IMG/VR virus record: IMGVR_UViG_3300031565_000029
Coordinates: 1-59,187 of that record
Source: a virus
Lineage: Duplodnaviria > Caudoviricetes
DNA: 59,187 nucleotides
Direction: 5' to 3' (one strand)
This document shows positions 16,074 through 25,233 of the stretch, in pieces (the stretch's first letter is position 1; the number at the start of each line of letters is the position of its first letter). The notes under the pieces were generated by a model. The model did not search any database. It had not been told where the DNA came from and worked only from the letters and a program-made list of their open reading frames with translations. The position numbers and the translations under genes are program-made.

Positions 16074-17301
16074 TCCACATGAGACGCAGAAACCGTTTCA
16101 CCGTGAACGCCACCAATACAAGTATCGACTCCTCTGCGGCGGAACCGGCTCAGGTAAAACGTTTGCGGGCGTCGTGGAAGACCTCTACTGGTGCCTAACC
16201 TATCCGGGAATAGTTGGCTACGTCTTCGAGCCGTCATACCCGATGGTTCGCCGAATTCTATTACCCACCCTTGAGAGGCTCCTCGGCTTCCCTATGGAGT
16301 CAAACCCCACCGTCGCCAACTACAATAGAGGCGACATGAAACTCACATTCAAAAACGGCAGCACACTATGGATGGGAAGCCTCGACGACCCAGAACGAGC
16401 CGAGGGACCGAACATAGACTTCATCCACGTCGACGAGGCGCGGCTCATCAAGAAGTTCGAGTTAGCGTGGCGCGTTATTCAGCGCCGTCTCCGTGGAAGC
16501 GGAGGCGAGCACCCCATCGGGGCCTGGGTGACAACCACACCAGATGCACCTGGCAGCCCCCTATTCAACTTCTTCGAGCACCCCCAGAAACATGACCCCC
16601 AATCCAACCTATATAGGATGCGTCTCGACGATAACGTTCACCTGAAACCCGACTACATTGCGGCGGTGAAACGCGCCCACACCGGCGGCCTATATAAACG
16701 TTTCGTCGAGGGCTTGTTCGCGGATGTCGGCGCGGGGAGCTTCGACTTCGACTATACCATCCACGTACAGGGCTTTGAACAATACTATGACCCGGACGCA
16801 ATAAGGAAACTCGTATATGGTGTCGACTTTGGGTGGACAAACCCCAGCGCCGTCATAGCCATAGCTATGGATGGTGACGACCGGGCGTTCGCAATAGAAG
16901 AAGTTTATGATTCTCAACTAAGTGAAGATGATCTAATAACTGAGTGTGACCTCATGAAAGAAAAGCATGGGGAAGGAACTTTCTGGTGCGACTCTTCTGA
17001 GCCACGTACAATCACCGCATTACGCCGGGCACACCTAGACGCCAAGCCTAACAAGTCCAAACGAGATGACGGCATAAGGGAAATAGGCGGCAGACTCAAG
17101 GACGCGGGAGATGGAAAACACCGACTCTACGTTTCCCCCGAATGTGTGAACCTCATCGAGGAACTTCAGATATACGACGCAGAGAAGAAGGAACACGACC
17201 ACGCAACCGACGGACTTCGATACGGGTTGATGGGGGCTAAGGATCGTCCGGGGCGAATAGAGGGCACCACAGTTTACCGTAAACGGGAGATAGTGATATG
17301 A
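16051..17301 (+). CDS. terL: Terminase large subunit (PBSX/SPP1-like)
   Basis: GGTGSGKT Walker A, HVDEA Walker B, GVDFGWTNP nuclease, DHATDGLRY. Confidence 0.95.
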   Translation: MSLKIAYSPHETQKPFHRERHQYKYRLLCGGTGSGKTFAGVVEDLYWCLTYPGIVGYVFEPSYPMVRRILLPTLERLLGFPMESNPTVANYNRGDMKLTFKNGSTLWMGSLDDPERAEGPNIDFIHVDEARLIKKFELAWRVIQRRLRGSGGEHPIGAWVTTTPDAPGSPLFNFFEHPQKHDPQSNLYRMRLDDNVHLKPDYIAAVKRAHTGGLYKRFVEGLFADVGAGSFDFDYTIHVQGFEQYYDPDAIRKLVYGVDFGWTNPSAVIAIAMDGDDRAFAIEEVYDSQLSEDDLITECDLMKEKHGEGTFWCDSSEPRTITALRRAHLDAKPNKSKRDDGIREIGGRLKDAGDGKHRLYVSPECVNLIEELQIYDAEKKEHDHATDGLRYGLMGAKDRPGRIEGTTVYRKREIVI

Positions 17302-17477
17302 GCTTCAACTTCATAGTTTGCCCCAAATGTAAAGAGGTTATTTACCTCATACGTATAGGGCCAGCGGGCTTGAATGAGGGGCGGCCCGATAGCAAGATCA
17401 TATTATGTGAAGCCTGCACATATGTGTTCCGCACTAATGGTAATACGTGGCGAGAGGAACACGGATTTCTAGAGTGA
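17298..17477 (+). CDS. Small zinc-finger protein (59 aa)
   Basis: Manually translated; CPKC...CEAC. Confidence 0.6.
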   Translation: MSFNFIVCPKCKEVIYLIRIGPAGLNEGRPDSKIILCEACTYVFRTNGNTWREEHGFLE

Positions 17478-17482
17478 ATAAC

Positions 17483-17701
17483 ATGTTTGAACAAATACGG
17501 AAAGCATTACACCTCCCCAAAAACGAGTTAGGGAAACAGACCATCAACCGGAACGTCAACGACATCACCATAAGTGTCTCCGAGGGGCTTAGCGAGACAA
17601 GGCAGATAACGGTGACTAACTGGAACCAAGAACTAGCGTTCGACCTATTCAAACGGGTAAGAGACGAGTTGAGGGAGAACCCCCGTGAATCAACGCTGTA
17701 G
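17483..17701 (+). CDS. Hypothetical protein
   Basis: MFEQIRKALH... ORF between terL and portal. Confidence 0.55.
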   Translation: MFEQIRKALHLPKNELGKQTINRNVNDITISVSEGLSETRQITVTNWNQELAFDLFKRVRDELRENPRESTL

Positions 17702-17861
17702 CCGGTGCGGGTCAGCTATCCCGTTCGAGGCGTGTCCTACTTGTCCCCCCATGATATATATATGTCTCGTATGTGGAACAGAGAACCTCGTAGAGCCATC
17801 ACCTCTAGATCAAGTAGAAGAAGTGATAAAACGGTTTAAGGAGAGACAAGTTGACCGATAA
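17685..17861 (+). CDS. Small zinc-finger protein (58 aa)
   Basis: Manually translated; CSRC, CPTC, CLVC; GGGAG RBS. Confidence 0.6.
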   Translation: MNQRCSRCGSAIPFEACPTCPPMIYICLVCGTENLVEPSPLDQVEEVIKRFKERQVDR

Positions 17862-19200
17862 CAGAGTATTCAAAGCAATCGAAGCCATAAGCACACGCAT
17901 CGCAGGGCCACGGACTCCGCTTCCACATGAAACCCCATCCATCCGCGAATCTCATCCCGTGAGTGGTGTTCGAGTTCCTAGCTACTATATGAAGGAACGA
18001 CACAGTTTCAGGGAAGCCACAAGTCAAGGGACAACCACCAAAGTCAAGGGGCTCAGCGGTTTCTACACATGGTATGAGACAGACGGCGTAGTATTCGCAT
18101 CCATAAACGGATTAGCCGAGGCGGCAGTAGGTCAAGGATACCACACCACCATAGAGGAAGAGGAGCCAGAGAAAGCTAAGGAGCTTGTCGACGAATTCGG
18201 CAAAGAGATGAATCTCGACACGTTCCTACCCAACGTCTGCAAGAACATGCTGATAGCGGGGTTCGTCTGCGTCGACACAAGGATAAACAAGTTCCCAAGC
18301 AAGTGTGCCCTCAAGATCATTCACCCGAAGACGATTAAAGAGATAGTGATGAACGATGACGGCTCCGTCAACAAGATCATACAGAAAAACCCGGAAGCCG
18401 GAAAGAGCGACATCACAATAAAAGGAGAATACATAACCTTATTCATCCACAACCAGATAGCCAACGACCCTACCGGCACAAGCATAATCAAACCCGTTGA
18501 AACACTGCTCACCACCAAACACGTCGCAATAACCAACATCTCCAAAATCATAGAGAAACGCATGTTCCCCGACATCATCTGGAAAACCACCCGCGACCCC
18601 GCAGGACTCAAAGAACTGCTCGGGCAGAAAGAGGTGGACGAAGACCTCGTACTCGGCTGGTTGGAAGAAGGTGAACTCGCAAACGTGGCCCAGATCGTTG
18701 AGATACAGGGCAACACACGATATGAGGGCTACATCGACCACATAGATAGACTCATCTACAAGGGACTCTACTCACCGGACCTCTACTATTGGAAGGACGC
18801 GACCCTGGCCAGCGCCAAAGAGCTTACAACCATCGTGGACCGCAACATCAACAGCATCCAGCGAAACGTGGAACGCGGCGTAGAAGCCGGTTTCTTCAGA
18901 CGCCTCATGAAAGCCAACAACCTGGACGCAGAGCCTAAGATGGTGTGGGGACGGGAAACTACTGGGGCGGAAGACCTACAGATGGAGAACATCGTAAGCA
19001 CCGCCATCACGGTGGGTCTTATCGGCCCTAAACAATTAGCTCGGCTGCTTCAGTTGATGGGGCTCGACCTCGGTGAACTAGGGTACGAATCACCCGAAGC
19101 CGAGCCGGAGGAAGAACCTGAGCCAGAACCAGAGGAAGAGGAACCTGAAGAGGAGCCGGTAGAGGACGAAGAGGAAGAGCGGCTGATGGAAGATGTCTAA
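17851..19200 (+). CDS. Portal protein
   Basis: Position after terL, size, Y..D.VV..SIN...G.SII.P pattern; acidic EPEEE tail. Confidence 0.8.
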   Translation: MTDNRVFKAIEAISTRIAGPRTPLPHETPSIRESHPVSGVRVPSYYMKERHSFREATSQGTTTKVKGLSGFYTWYETDGVVFASINGLAEAAVGQGYHTTIEEEEPEKAKELVDEFGKEMNLDTFLPNVCKNMLIAGFVCVDTRINKFPSKCALKIIHPKTIKEIVMNDDGSVNKIIQKNPEAGKSDITIKGEYITLFIHNQIANDPTGTSIIKPVETLLTTKHVAITNISKIIEKRMFPDIIWKTTRDPAGLKELLGQKEVDEDLVLGWLEEGELANVAQIVEIQGNTRYEGYIDHIDRLIYKGLYSPDLYYWKDATLASAKELTTIVDRNINSIQRNVERGVEAGFFRRLMKANNLDAEPKMVWGRETTGAEDLQMENIVSTAITVGLIGPKQLARLLQLMGLDLGELGYESPEAEPEEEPEPEPEEEEPEEEPVEDEEEERLMEDV

Positions 19201-19558
19201 ATACGTTGGCATCTACGTCGACGAAGCATTGAAGACGCCGCTACTAACCACCGTCAAGGACGGTAAAGAAGTACCATACCTAAGATTTGGGAACCTAGAT
19301 GTAGAGCAAGAGAAGACGTATGTCCTCTACCTAGAAAACCAGAGCACCGGAACCATAGAGAACCTGGAGATCACGGCTCAACCCATAGACCGCCGAGACG
19401 TAACGCTAATCATCAGAAACGGCAGAGCACTCAACCCCCTAGGCATGGCGAAAGTGCATAAGTTCTATGTGTCGTGGCGGTGGGGCGACAACGTCAAAGC
19501 TGGGCCACTTGAGGCGATCATAGACATTAAAGGCGTGGTGGCGAACGAGTTAGTATGA
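19193..19558 (+). CDS. Ig-like virion protein (putative)
   Basis: Beta-rich, FGNL....YLEN pattern. Confidence 0.5.
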   Translation: MSKYVGIYVDEALKTPLLTTVKDGKEVPYLRFGNLDVEQEKTYVLYLENQSTGTIENLEITAQPIDRRDVTLIIRNGRALNPLGMAKVHKFYVSWRWGDNVKAGPLEAIIDIKGVVANELV

Positions 19559-19749
19559 CCCCAATCTATAAGTGGGTTCCCGGCGGACGGAAGATCACGC
19601 CGGAGGACTGGAACGTTCTAGTAGGTGTCTTAGAGTTAGAGACACCGAAAACTGTTCCCGAGGATGGAACCTATAAAGTTACAAACCTATATGTTGTAGT
19701 AGAGAACGGTAATCCTAAACTTAAGATAGAGTATGATGATGGAGAATAA
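19555..19749 (+). CDS. Small virion protein (putative)
   Basis: Shares C-terminal YKV...KLKI.Y motif with 19766..20131. Confidence 0.6.
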   Translation: MTPIYKWVPGGRKITPEDWNVLVGVLELETPKTVPEDGTYKVTNLYVVVENGNPKLKIEYDDGE

Positions 19750-19765
19750 AGGGACGTGAAAAGAA

Positions 19766-20131
19766 TTGGTTAAACAAAGTTTTGTGCTTGACCCAAACGC
19801 GGCGAGCTATACGGATGACGAGATCGTGGGTAAAGTTAACGCCGCCACCGCAACAATAACCCGAGTCGGCTTCACCGATCTAGATAAGATCAGTGAAGGC
19901 TCAACCAACAAAACATACACGGACACCGAGAAAACAAAGCTCAGCGGAGTAGAGGAAAACGCAACCATAGACCAAACAGGTGTAGAGGTGCGTGACCTCA
20001 TCATAGCGTTAAGCGACACTGAACGTGGAATAGTGGTAACTGACCCCACAACAGGCGAATACAAGGTCATAAGCATCGAACGTGACGCAACGGGAAAACT
20101 GAAGATACAGTATGAAGACGTAGCTGAATAA
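19766..20131 (+). CDS. Fibre-like virion protein (putative)
   Basis: ISEGSTNK.YT..EKTKL.G.E..A fibre-type repeat. Confidence 0.6.
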   Translation: MVKQSFVLDPNAASYTDDEIVGKVNAATATITRVGFTDLDKISEGSTNKTYTDTEKTKLSGVEENATIDQTGVEVRDLIIALSDTERGIVVTDPTTGEYKVISIERDATGKLKIQYEDVAE

Positions 20132-20133
20132 CG

Positions 20134-20478
20134 GTGACTAAACAGAGTGTTGAAGTCGCCCACCCAGAACTCGTAGGCGGAGACAGCACAACACTTCACA
20201 CCCATCCAGGGGGAGGTGGAGGCGGCCTAGTCGATAAATCTGGGATCGTTACAAGCAATGGATCAGGCGAAGCCACCGTATCTTTCAACACTAGTTACGG
20301 AAGCACAGGTTATTTCATACAGTTAACTGCCGGTGAAAGCATAGATGCCACCATGTGTAACGTGAAGACTGGGACAAAAACGGTTTCCGGGTTCACGCTT
20401 GTAACGATGGATGATGGAGGTAAAGCCGAGCCCAGTATCAGTGTTTATTGGTGTACTGGATTATATAGTAACCCATAG
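20134..20478 (+). CDS. Fibre-tip/H-type lectin-like virion protein (putative)
   Basis: LHTH + GGGGGG linker, then G.....V.F...Y...GFT...VYW.A-type beta domain. Confidence 0.55.
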   Translation: MTKQSVEVAHPELVGGDSTTLHTHPGGGGGGLVDKSGIVTSNGSGEATVSFNTSYGSTGYFIQLTAGESIDATMCNVKTGTKTVSGFTLVTMDDGGKAEPSISVYWCTGLYSNP

Positions 20479-20486
20479 GTGAAGCC

Positions 20487-20831
20487 ATGTCCCTCCTATT
20501 TGATGAAGAGGCATTCGAAGGATACGGGTTCGCCCTCTCTACCCCCAGCGTCTCCCCCACAACGGCGGGTGCAGGACAGGTTGAGCGCATCCGCGTGTAT
20601 AAGCGGACCCGGTTCCTCACACACCTATTGCTCATGGGGGCAATAGAGAAGCCGTTCGAGGAACAATTAATCATAGACGCCGACCCAGTTCACAGTTTCA
20701 ACGAGTGCATATACTTGGCAGCCATCCCCGTGAAGCCATTCACCGAGTCACTGTATCTTGCGGGGGCGGTTAACATTATGGAGTGGCTATACCCTAGTCT
20801 GGAGACAACGAAAGAAGTAAAGGAAAGTTAA
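20487..20831 (+). CDS. Hypothetical virion protein with short internal repeats
   Basis: AGGTGA RBS; repeated F.E.L.L.A motif. Confidence 0.6.
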   Translation: MSLLFDEEAFEGYGFALSTPSVSPTTAGAGQVERIRVYKRTRFLTHLLLMGAIEKPFEEQLIIDADPVHSFNECIYLAAIPVKPFTESLYLAGAVNIMEWLYPSLETTKEVKES

Positions 20832-20834
20832 ACA

Positions 20835-21011
20835 ATGAGCGCGCCTTTAAGCAGAAACAACATAACCACATTCGGAGACCGGATACTATACCGAATGAGT
20901 CAAGTCTACCCAGCGGCAGCCGTCGACGCACCATGCCCGTGGAGTGAAAGCTGGGACGGCATCCTGGTGGTGCTTGAATACTACCTGACAAGGGGGTATA
21001 GGTTCACATGA
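20835..21011 (+). CDS. Small protein with shared N-terminal motif (58 aa)
   Basis: Manually translated MSAPLSRNNITTFGDRILYRMSQVY... Confidence 0.65.
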   Translation: MSAPLSRNNITTFGDRILYRMSQVYPAAAVDAPCPWSESWDGILVVLEYYLTRGYRFT

Positions 21012-21256
21012 CTTACCCTTGTGCAGTGCGTGAGAACCTCGTCAGCCTAGGAACCCGGTTGTTATGGGGGATGCAACAATACGGTAGCATCGAGAACTAT
21101 GAGATTGTGACAGGCGAGATCGCGGAGCCTACTACCGTGAGTAGAGGTGATGGTCACAGCGTTGCGGTGGAGTACAGTGACTTTACGCCTAACAGGATGG
21201 TTAAATGGATCAGAGGCTCAGGGGACACCAAGTGGTTTGGAGTTGAGTTGCTGTGA
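21008..21256 (+). CDS. Small protein with shared N-terminal motif
   Basis: VRENLVSLGTRLLWGMQQY matches the start of 22945..23538. Confidence 0.7.
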   Translation: MTYPCAVRENLVSLGTRLLWGMQQYGSIENYEIVTGEIAEPTTVSRGDGHSVAVEYSDFTPNRMVKWIRGSGDTKWFGVELL

Positions 21257-21492
21257 CTAAGTACCGTTACACGATGAAGATAACCGCTGAGAAGCTTGCT
21301 GACCTCATCGAATCCGCCATCGCTAGGCGACCTGATGAGATGGGTAAATCTGGGCTTCACACCTTCAGCTTCACCTTTAAGGATGCAGATGTATCCGCTT
21401 CGGAGCGTCAGGCGGCGTTGGATGCGCTTCCTGAGTGGCTGCGACTAGTCTACAGTTTTGAACGAACCGTAGTAAGCGACGAGGAGACGTAG
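21253..21492 (+). CDS. Hypothetical protein
   Basis: GTGA overlap, in operon. Confidence 0.6.
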   Translation: MTKYRYTMKITAEKLADLIESAIARRPDEMGKSGLHTFSFTFKDADVSASERQAALDALPEWLRLVYSFERTVVSDEET

Positions 21493-21495
21493 CCT

Positions 21496-22134
21496 TTGAG
21501 CGTTAAGGTTCATGAAGCGTACTCGATAGACAGTTTCCAAGACCGCCTTCTCTGGTGGGACGACTTCCTCGGTGATCAGTTGCAGGATGAGTGGGCGTTA
21601 ACTGTTGTCGGTACTGGGGCTGGGGCAGTCGTTGATGCTCAAACAGGTGGTGTATATAGGTTACGTGCTCCAACGAACGCTACGAATGATGTGGCTAGAA
21701 TAGATTGGGGTGGAGGTACACCAATCCGCAGTCTCTTAGCATCAAAGAAAGTCACTATGGAAGTAAGGGCAACGTTATCCTCTGTTGATGATGCCGAAGC
21801 ATGGTTGGCGTTGTGGTATGATGCTACACATATGATAAGGTTCCGTTTTGATGACAGTGCTGGGAATAATTGGCTCATAGAGACGGATGATGCAACTGGG
21901 CCAACATCCGCTGATAGCGGAATAGTAACAGATGTTTCTTATCATATTTTTCGCATTGAGTGTTTCCCGACGGGCGAGGTACACTTTTACATAGACAACA
22001 TTGAATGTGGGAACAGTCCAGTAACAACGGATATTCCATCGGAGTATCTTATGCCGTATCTTTACATAGAAACTCAAGCAGCGGCAGAAAAGCAACTAGA
22101 TATTGATTACTGTGTGGTGAGGCAGGAAATATGA
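21496..22134 (+). CDS. Concanavalin/LamG-like beta-sandwich virion protein
   Basis: DDFLG...YHIFRIE....VHFYID...IDY; paralog of 22168..22797. Confidence 0.7.
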   Translation: MSVKVHEAYSIDSFQDRLLWWDDFLGDQLQDEWALTVVGTGAGAVVDAQTGGVYRLRAPTNATNDVARIDWGGGTPIRSLLASKKVTMEVRATLSSVDDAEAWLALWYDATHMIRFRFDDSAGNNWLIETDDATGPTSADSGIVTDVSYHIFRIECFPTGEVHFYIDNIECGNSPVTTDIPSEYLMPYLYIETQAAAEKQLDIDYCVVRQEI

Positions 22135-22138
22135 CTTA

Positions 22139-22161
22139 TGATACTTTAGCTCAAAGGGTGA
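22139..22161. repeat. Dyad site TGATACTT TAGCTCA AAGGGTGA
   Basis: Matches left-arm consensus; lies between the two LamG-like paralogs. Confidence 0.8.
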
Positions 22162-22167
22162 TAAAAG

Positions 22168-22797
22168 TTGAGTGTTAAGACTCATGAGCCGGTGTGCCTA
22201 GACTCGGCGATGGATAAGTTCTTCTGGGGCGACCACTTCCTCGGAGACCAAGTACAGGGTGAGTGGCGTGGGGCTGGTACAGGTAGTGTTGCTGTAGTTG
22301 ATGGACAGATAGGCGGAATAGCACGGATAACCACGGGGGCAGTGACAAATGACACTTATTATATTGATTGGAACAATAGTAGAATACTTCACGTAGATAA
22401 GAAAGTAACTATAGAGATAAGAGCTAAACTCGAAACCGCTTCAAATATTCAAATACAGTATAGACTTATGTTTGATGTAACTAATTTAATTTCGTTTTGG
22501 TTTAACTCGGGGGCGCACGCTAGTTATAGACTTTACGTGAGGGATGACGGTGCTACAACTAATGTGGATTCCGGCGTAGCGCCTGACACTGATTATCATG
22601 TGTTTCGTATAGAGGCTTTTCCAACCGGCGAGGTTCACTTTTATATAGATGGTGTAGAGTGTAGTAATAGTCCAGTTACTACCAATATTCCCGCTGATGC
22701 AGGAGATTACCTACAACCATATTTAGCTGTTACAACGTTAGAAGATGCCACAAAATATGTAGATTTTGACTACGTTGTGGTTCGCCAAGACCGCTGA
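22168..22797 (+). CDS. Concanavalin/LamG-like beta-sandwich virion protein, paralog
   Basis: Colinear similarity with 21496..22134; flanked by dyad sites. Confidence 0.7.
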   Translation: MSVKTHEPVCLDSAMDKFFWGDHFLGDQVQGEWRGAGTGSVAVVDGQIGGIARITTGAVTNDTYYIDWNNSRILHVDKKVTIEIRAKLETASNIQIQYRLMFDVTNLISFWFNSGAHASYRLYVRDDGATTNVDSGVAPDTDYHVFRIEAFPTGEVHFYIDGVECSNSPVTTNIPADAGDYLQPYLAVTTLEDATKYVDFDYVVVRQDR

Positions 22798-22801
22798 GTT
22801 A

Positions 22802-22824
22802 TGATACTTCAAGATAAACAATGA
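22802..22824. repeat. Dyad site TGATACTT CAAGATA AACAATGA
   Basis: Matches left-arm consensus. Confidence 0.8.
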
Positions 22825-22944
22825 CAACCCTAGACATCGTCCTCCCCGTCCTCGCATTCGCGTTACCGGTATATATCATCCCAGAACTGTTGATACGCCT
22901 AGGTTGGGTAAAGAGAACCAAGTCCAAGGAAATGTGAAACCCAG

Positions 22945-23538
22945 ATGAGTTACACGGGTATAGTGCGAGAAAGTCTTGTCAGTCTAGGCGATCGCCTCCT
23001 ATGGGGCATGCAAACATATAAGGCAACCGAAGAAGGAGAAATACTTCTCTCCATAGAAGCCGAAGCCTTCGGAAGACCAGCGGCGAACACCCCCACCGTA
23101 GTAGACCAAGATAACCTCACCCTCTACAGTTTCACACTAAACACCGACTTCATGACCTACAAGTTTCCGGTTCCCTGGGAGTTAGTCTCCGGCGAAAACA
23201 TACAGATCAACGCCGTGTGGACAAACGACGGCGGCGTAGACGACAACGCAAAAGAAGTAAAAGTCCAGATAGACTACCAGACCGCAGCCGAAGGAGACCC
23301 GGTCTCAGGAAGCCACGCAAACAGCCCTAAAACACAGAACGACACATATACTAGCGCAAGTGGGTGGATAGGACACCACACAGACTTCATGACCATCGCA
23401 AACGCCGACTTTGTGGGGAAACTATGTATCTTCATGAAAATATCGTTCATCACCCCTGATGGAGTAGCCTTAACCTGTAAACCTCATCTACTAGGAATAT
23501 GCCTAAAATATATAGCACACAAGGTAAAAACAACATGA
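22945..23538 (+). CDS. Virion decoration-like protein
   Basis: Shared N-terminal motif plus a beta-rich domain loosely resembling 55681..56283. Confidence 0.6.
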   Translation: MSYTGIVRESLVSLGDRLLWGMQTYKATEEGEILLSIEAEAFGRPAANTPTVVDQDNLTLYSFTLNTDFMTYKFPVPWELVSGENIQINAVWTNDGGVDDNAKEVKVQIDYQTAAEGDPVSGSHANSPKTQNDTYTSASGWIGHHTDFMTIANADFVGKLCIFMKISFITPDGVALTCKPHLLGICLKYIAHKVKTT

Positions 23539-23840
23539 GTCGAAGAATCAAGGTAGACATAGGCACCCAGGACAGGGAGACAGCCGACCTCACCCGACGC
23601 CTCAAAGGAGTAGAACTCAACTACCGTTTCGGAATAATAGATAAGGTACGCGCCAAACAGATGAGCACAAGAATAATCGACGACCACTACCACACACTCC
23701 TCAGCCTCACACGGGGACGCCTCGGCTACAACCTGAAACGCAATGTATCCCTCACCCCCGAAGATAAGAGACGCCTCGACGGTTGGCGGGACCAAGCAAT
23801 ACGCGACTTCGAGGCAATAATAGATGACACACGCCAATAA
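23535..23840 (+). CDS. Hypothetical protein (head morphogenesis associated)
   Basis: Start MSRRIK by ATGA overlap. Confidence 0.55.
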   Translation: MSRRIKVDIGTQDRETADLTRRLKGVELNYRFGIIDKVRAKQMSTRIIDDHYHTLLSLTRGRLGYNLKRNVSLTPEDKRRLDGWRDQAIRDFEAIIDDTRQ

Positions 23841-24447
23841 CTGTACCTGCCCACACTGTAACAGCCTATACGAGAAACGGGCGACAAGCGACTACTGGCG
23901 AACCCCACAAGGCATCGCTAAACGTATAGAGATGCTTTCACAGAACTTCACCTATAAAGTAGTAAACAACAGCCTCATGTTCTACGGACAATCGGCGGGC
24001 ATCAACTATGTTCGATGGGTGACGATGGGAGACGAACGTGTATGTCCTATATGCGGTCCCTTGGAGGGACGTGTGTATCGGAAAGGGCAGTTCCTTCCCC
24101 CTTTGCCCGCCCATCAAAATTGTAGATGTAGGTTTGAATTAATACGAGTGCCTGAAGAAGTGCAACCTGAACTCGTACCCAAGATAACTGGCACAGGCTT
24201 CCTAGTAGATGCGCCTCAGTGGAGCGCGAACCTTTCTACCATCGCTAAGGCGGCGGCACTCATACTGTTATTCACCGTGGTTAACCGGGGTGAACGGGCG
24301 GCACGATACACTGAGCTACAGAGACTATTGATATTGCAGGGATATAACCGTGTAGAGGTGGAGGCTAGGAGCGACGAGGAACTAGAGTTCTGGTTACGCC
24401 GTGGCTTCAAGCAACGTAGAACCGGTAGACTTTACAAGAGAATCTAG
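23824..24447 (+). CDS. Minor head protein (Mu F / SPP1 gp7-like)
   Basis: W....DERVCPICGPLEG...PP.PAHQNCRC. Confidence 0.85.
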   Translation: MTHANNCTCPHCNSLYEKRATSDYWRTPQGIAKRIEMLSQNFTYKVVNNSLMFYGQSAGINYVRWVTMGDERVCPICGPLEGRVYRKGQFLPPLPAHQNCRCRFELIRVPEEVQPELVPKITGTGFLVDAPQWSANLSTIAKAAALILLFTVVNRGERAARYTELQRLLILQGYNRVEVEARSDEELEFWLRRGFKQRRTGRLYKRI

Positions 24448-24463
24448 GTTGTAGATAGAAGGA

Positions 24464-24742
24464 ATGATTAACATGGATTCAATAGAAAACGCCCAAAACG
24501 TAGCTATAATAAAAGAAAAACTGAATAGTTTAGATGACCGAGTCACAGAACTCGCCGGAAACTATAATGCGTTAAGCAAAAGTTTCTTCGTACTCAACGA
24601 GTGCCACCACCAGATAAACATAGATAACGCGACGCTGAGAGCCGAACTGAAGACAGTGAAAACGATCATTATGTGGGTTGTCTCACCCTCCGCAGTGTTC
24701 GTGTTTATAATTCAATTAGCAAAACTATGTGGGATGATATAA
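24464..24742 (+). CDS. Coiled-coil protein with C-terminal TM helix
   Basis: Heptads followed by a hydrophobic tail. Confidence 0.6.
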   Translation: MINMDSIENAQNVAIIKEKLNSLDDRVTELAGNYNALSKSFFVLNECHHQINIDNATLRAELKTVKTIIMWVVSPSAVFVFIIQLAKLCGMI

Positions 24743-25233
24743 TGACAAGATGTGAATTCCTGATCTACGAACAGTCTAAAAGCTGTTCCGGCTGCACTGG
24801 CTGGTTCTGTGTCGTCAAAGGACGGAAGAAGAAGGTTGGCGACGCCGCCATCTGTAATGATGAGGAACTGTGGAGCGAATGCACCCGCTACCTACAGGTC
24901 TACCCCAAACCACCCGACCTGGAGATTGAACCAATCGTAGAGTTCTCATCCACCGAAACCTTTGACGAACCCCTTTATCTGGAGGATGTGTTGCTGGAAG
25001 ACGAGATCACGGACATCCCCAAACCGACTCCACCGAAACCAAAACCCCTACTACAAACATGTCTCTACCTTGGGCCTCCACCCCCCGGCGTACACACCTG
25101 TTGTGGACTATACTGCTACGCTGAGAATATATCGGTAAGAACAGGGACCACATGCACAAGCCGCCCTTCATGGCTGGAATGTATCAAACGGTTAAGAGCC
25201 GTAAAACGAGGTGTACCATATGCCGTGGGATGA
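24742..25233 (+). CDS. Cys-rich protein with two repeated domains
   Basis: TAATG overlap; two C..C.G..C....C....W.EC units with an acidic/Pro linker. Confidence 0.6.
   Translation: MTRCEFLIYEQSKSCSGCTGWFCVVKGRKKKVGDAAICNDEELWSECTRYLQVYPKPPDLEIEPIVEFSSTETFDEPLYLEDVLLEDEITDIPKPTPPKPKPLLQTCLYLGPPPPGVHTCCGLYCYAENISVRTGTTCTSRPSWLECIKRLRAVKRGVPYAVG

Noticed and set aside
21496-22797. Diversity-generating retroelement (paralogous lectin-like genes)
   Set aside because: No reverse transcriptase in the window and no near-identical template/variable repeat pair; paralogs differ throughout
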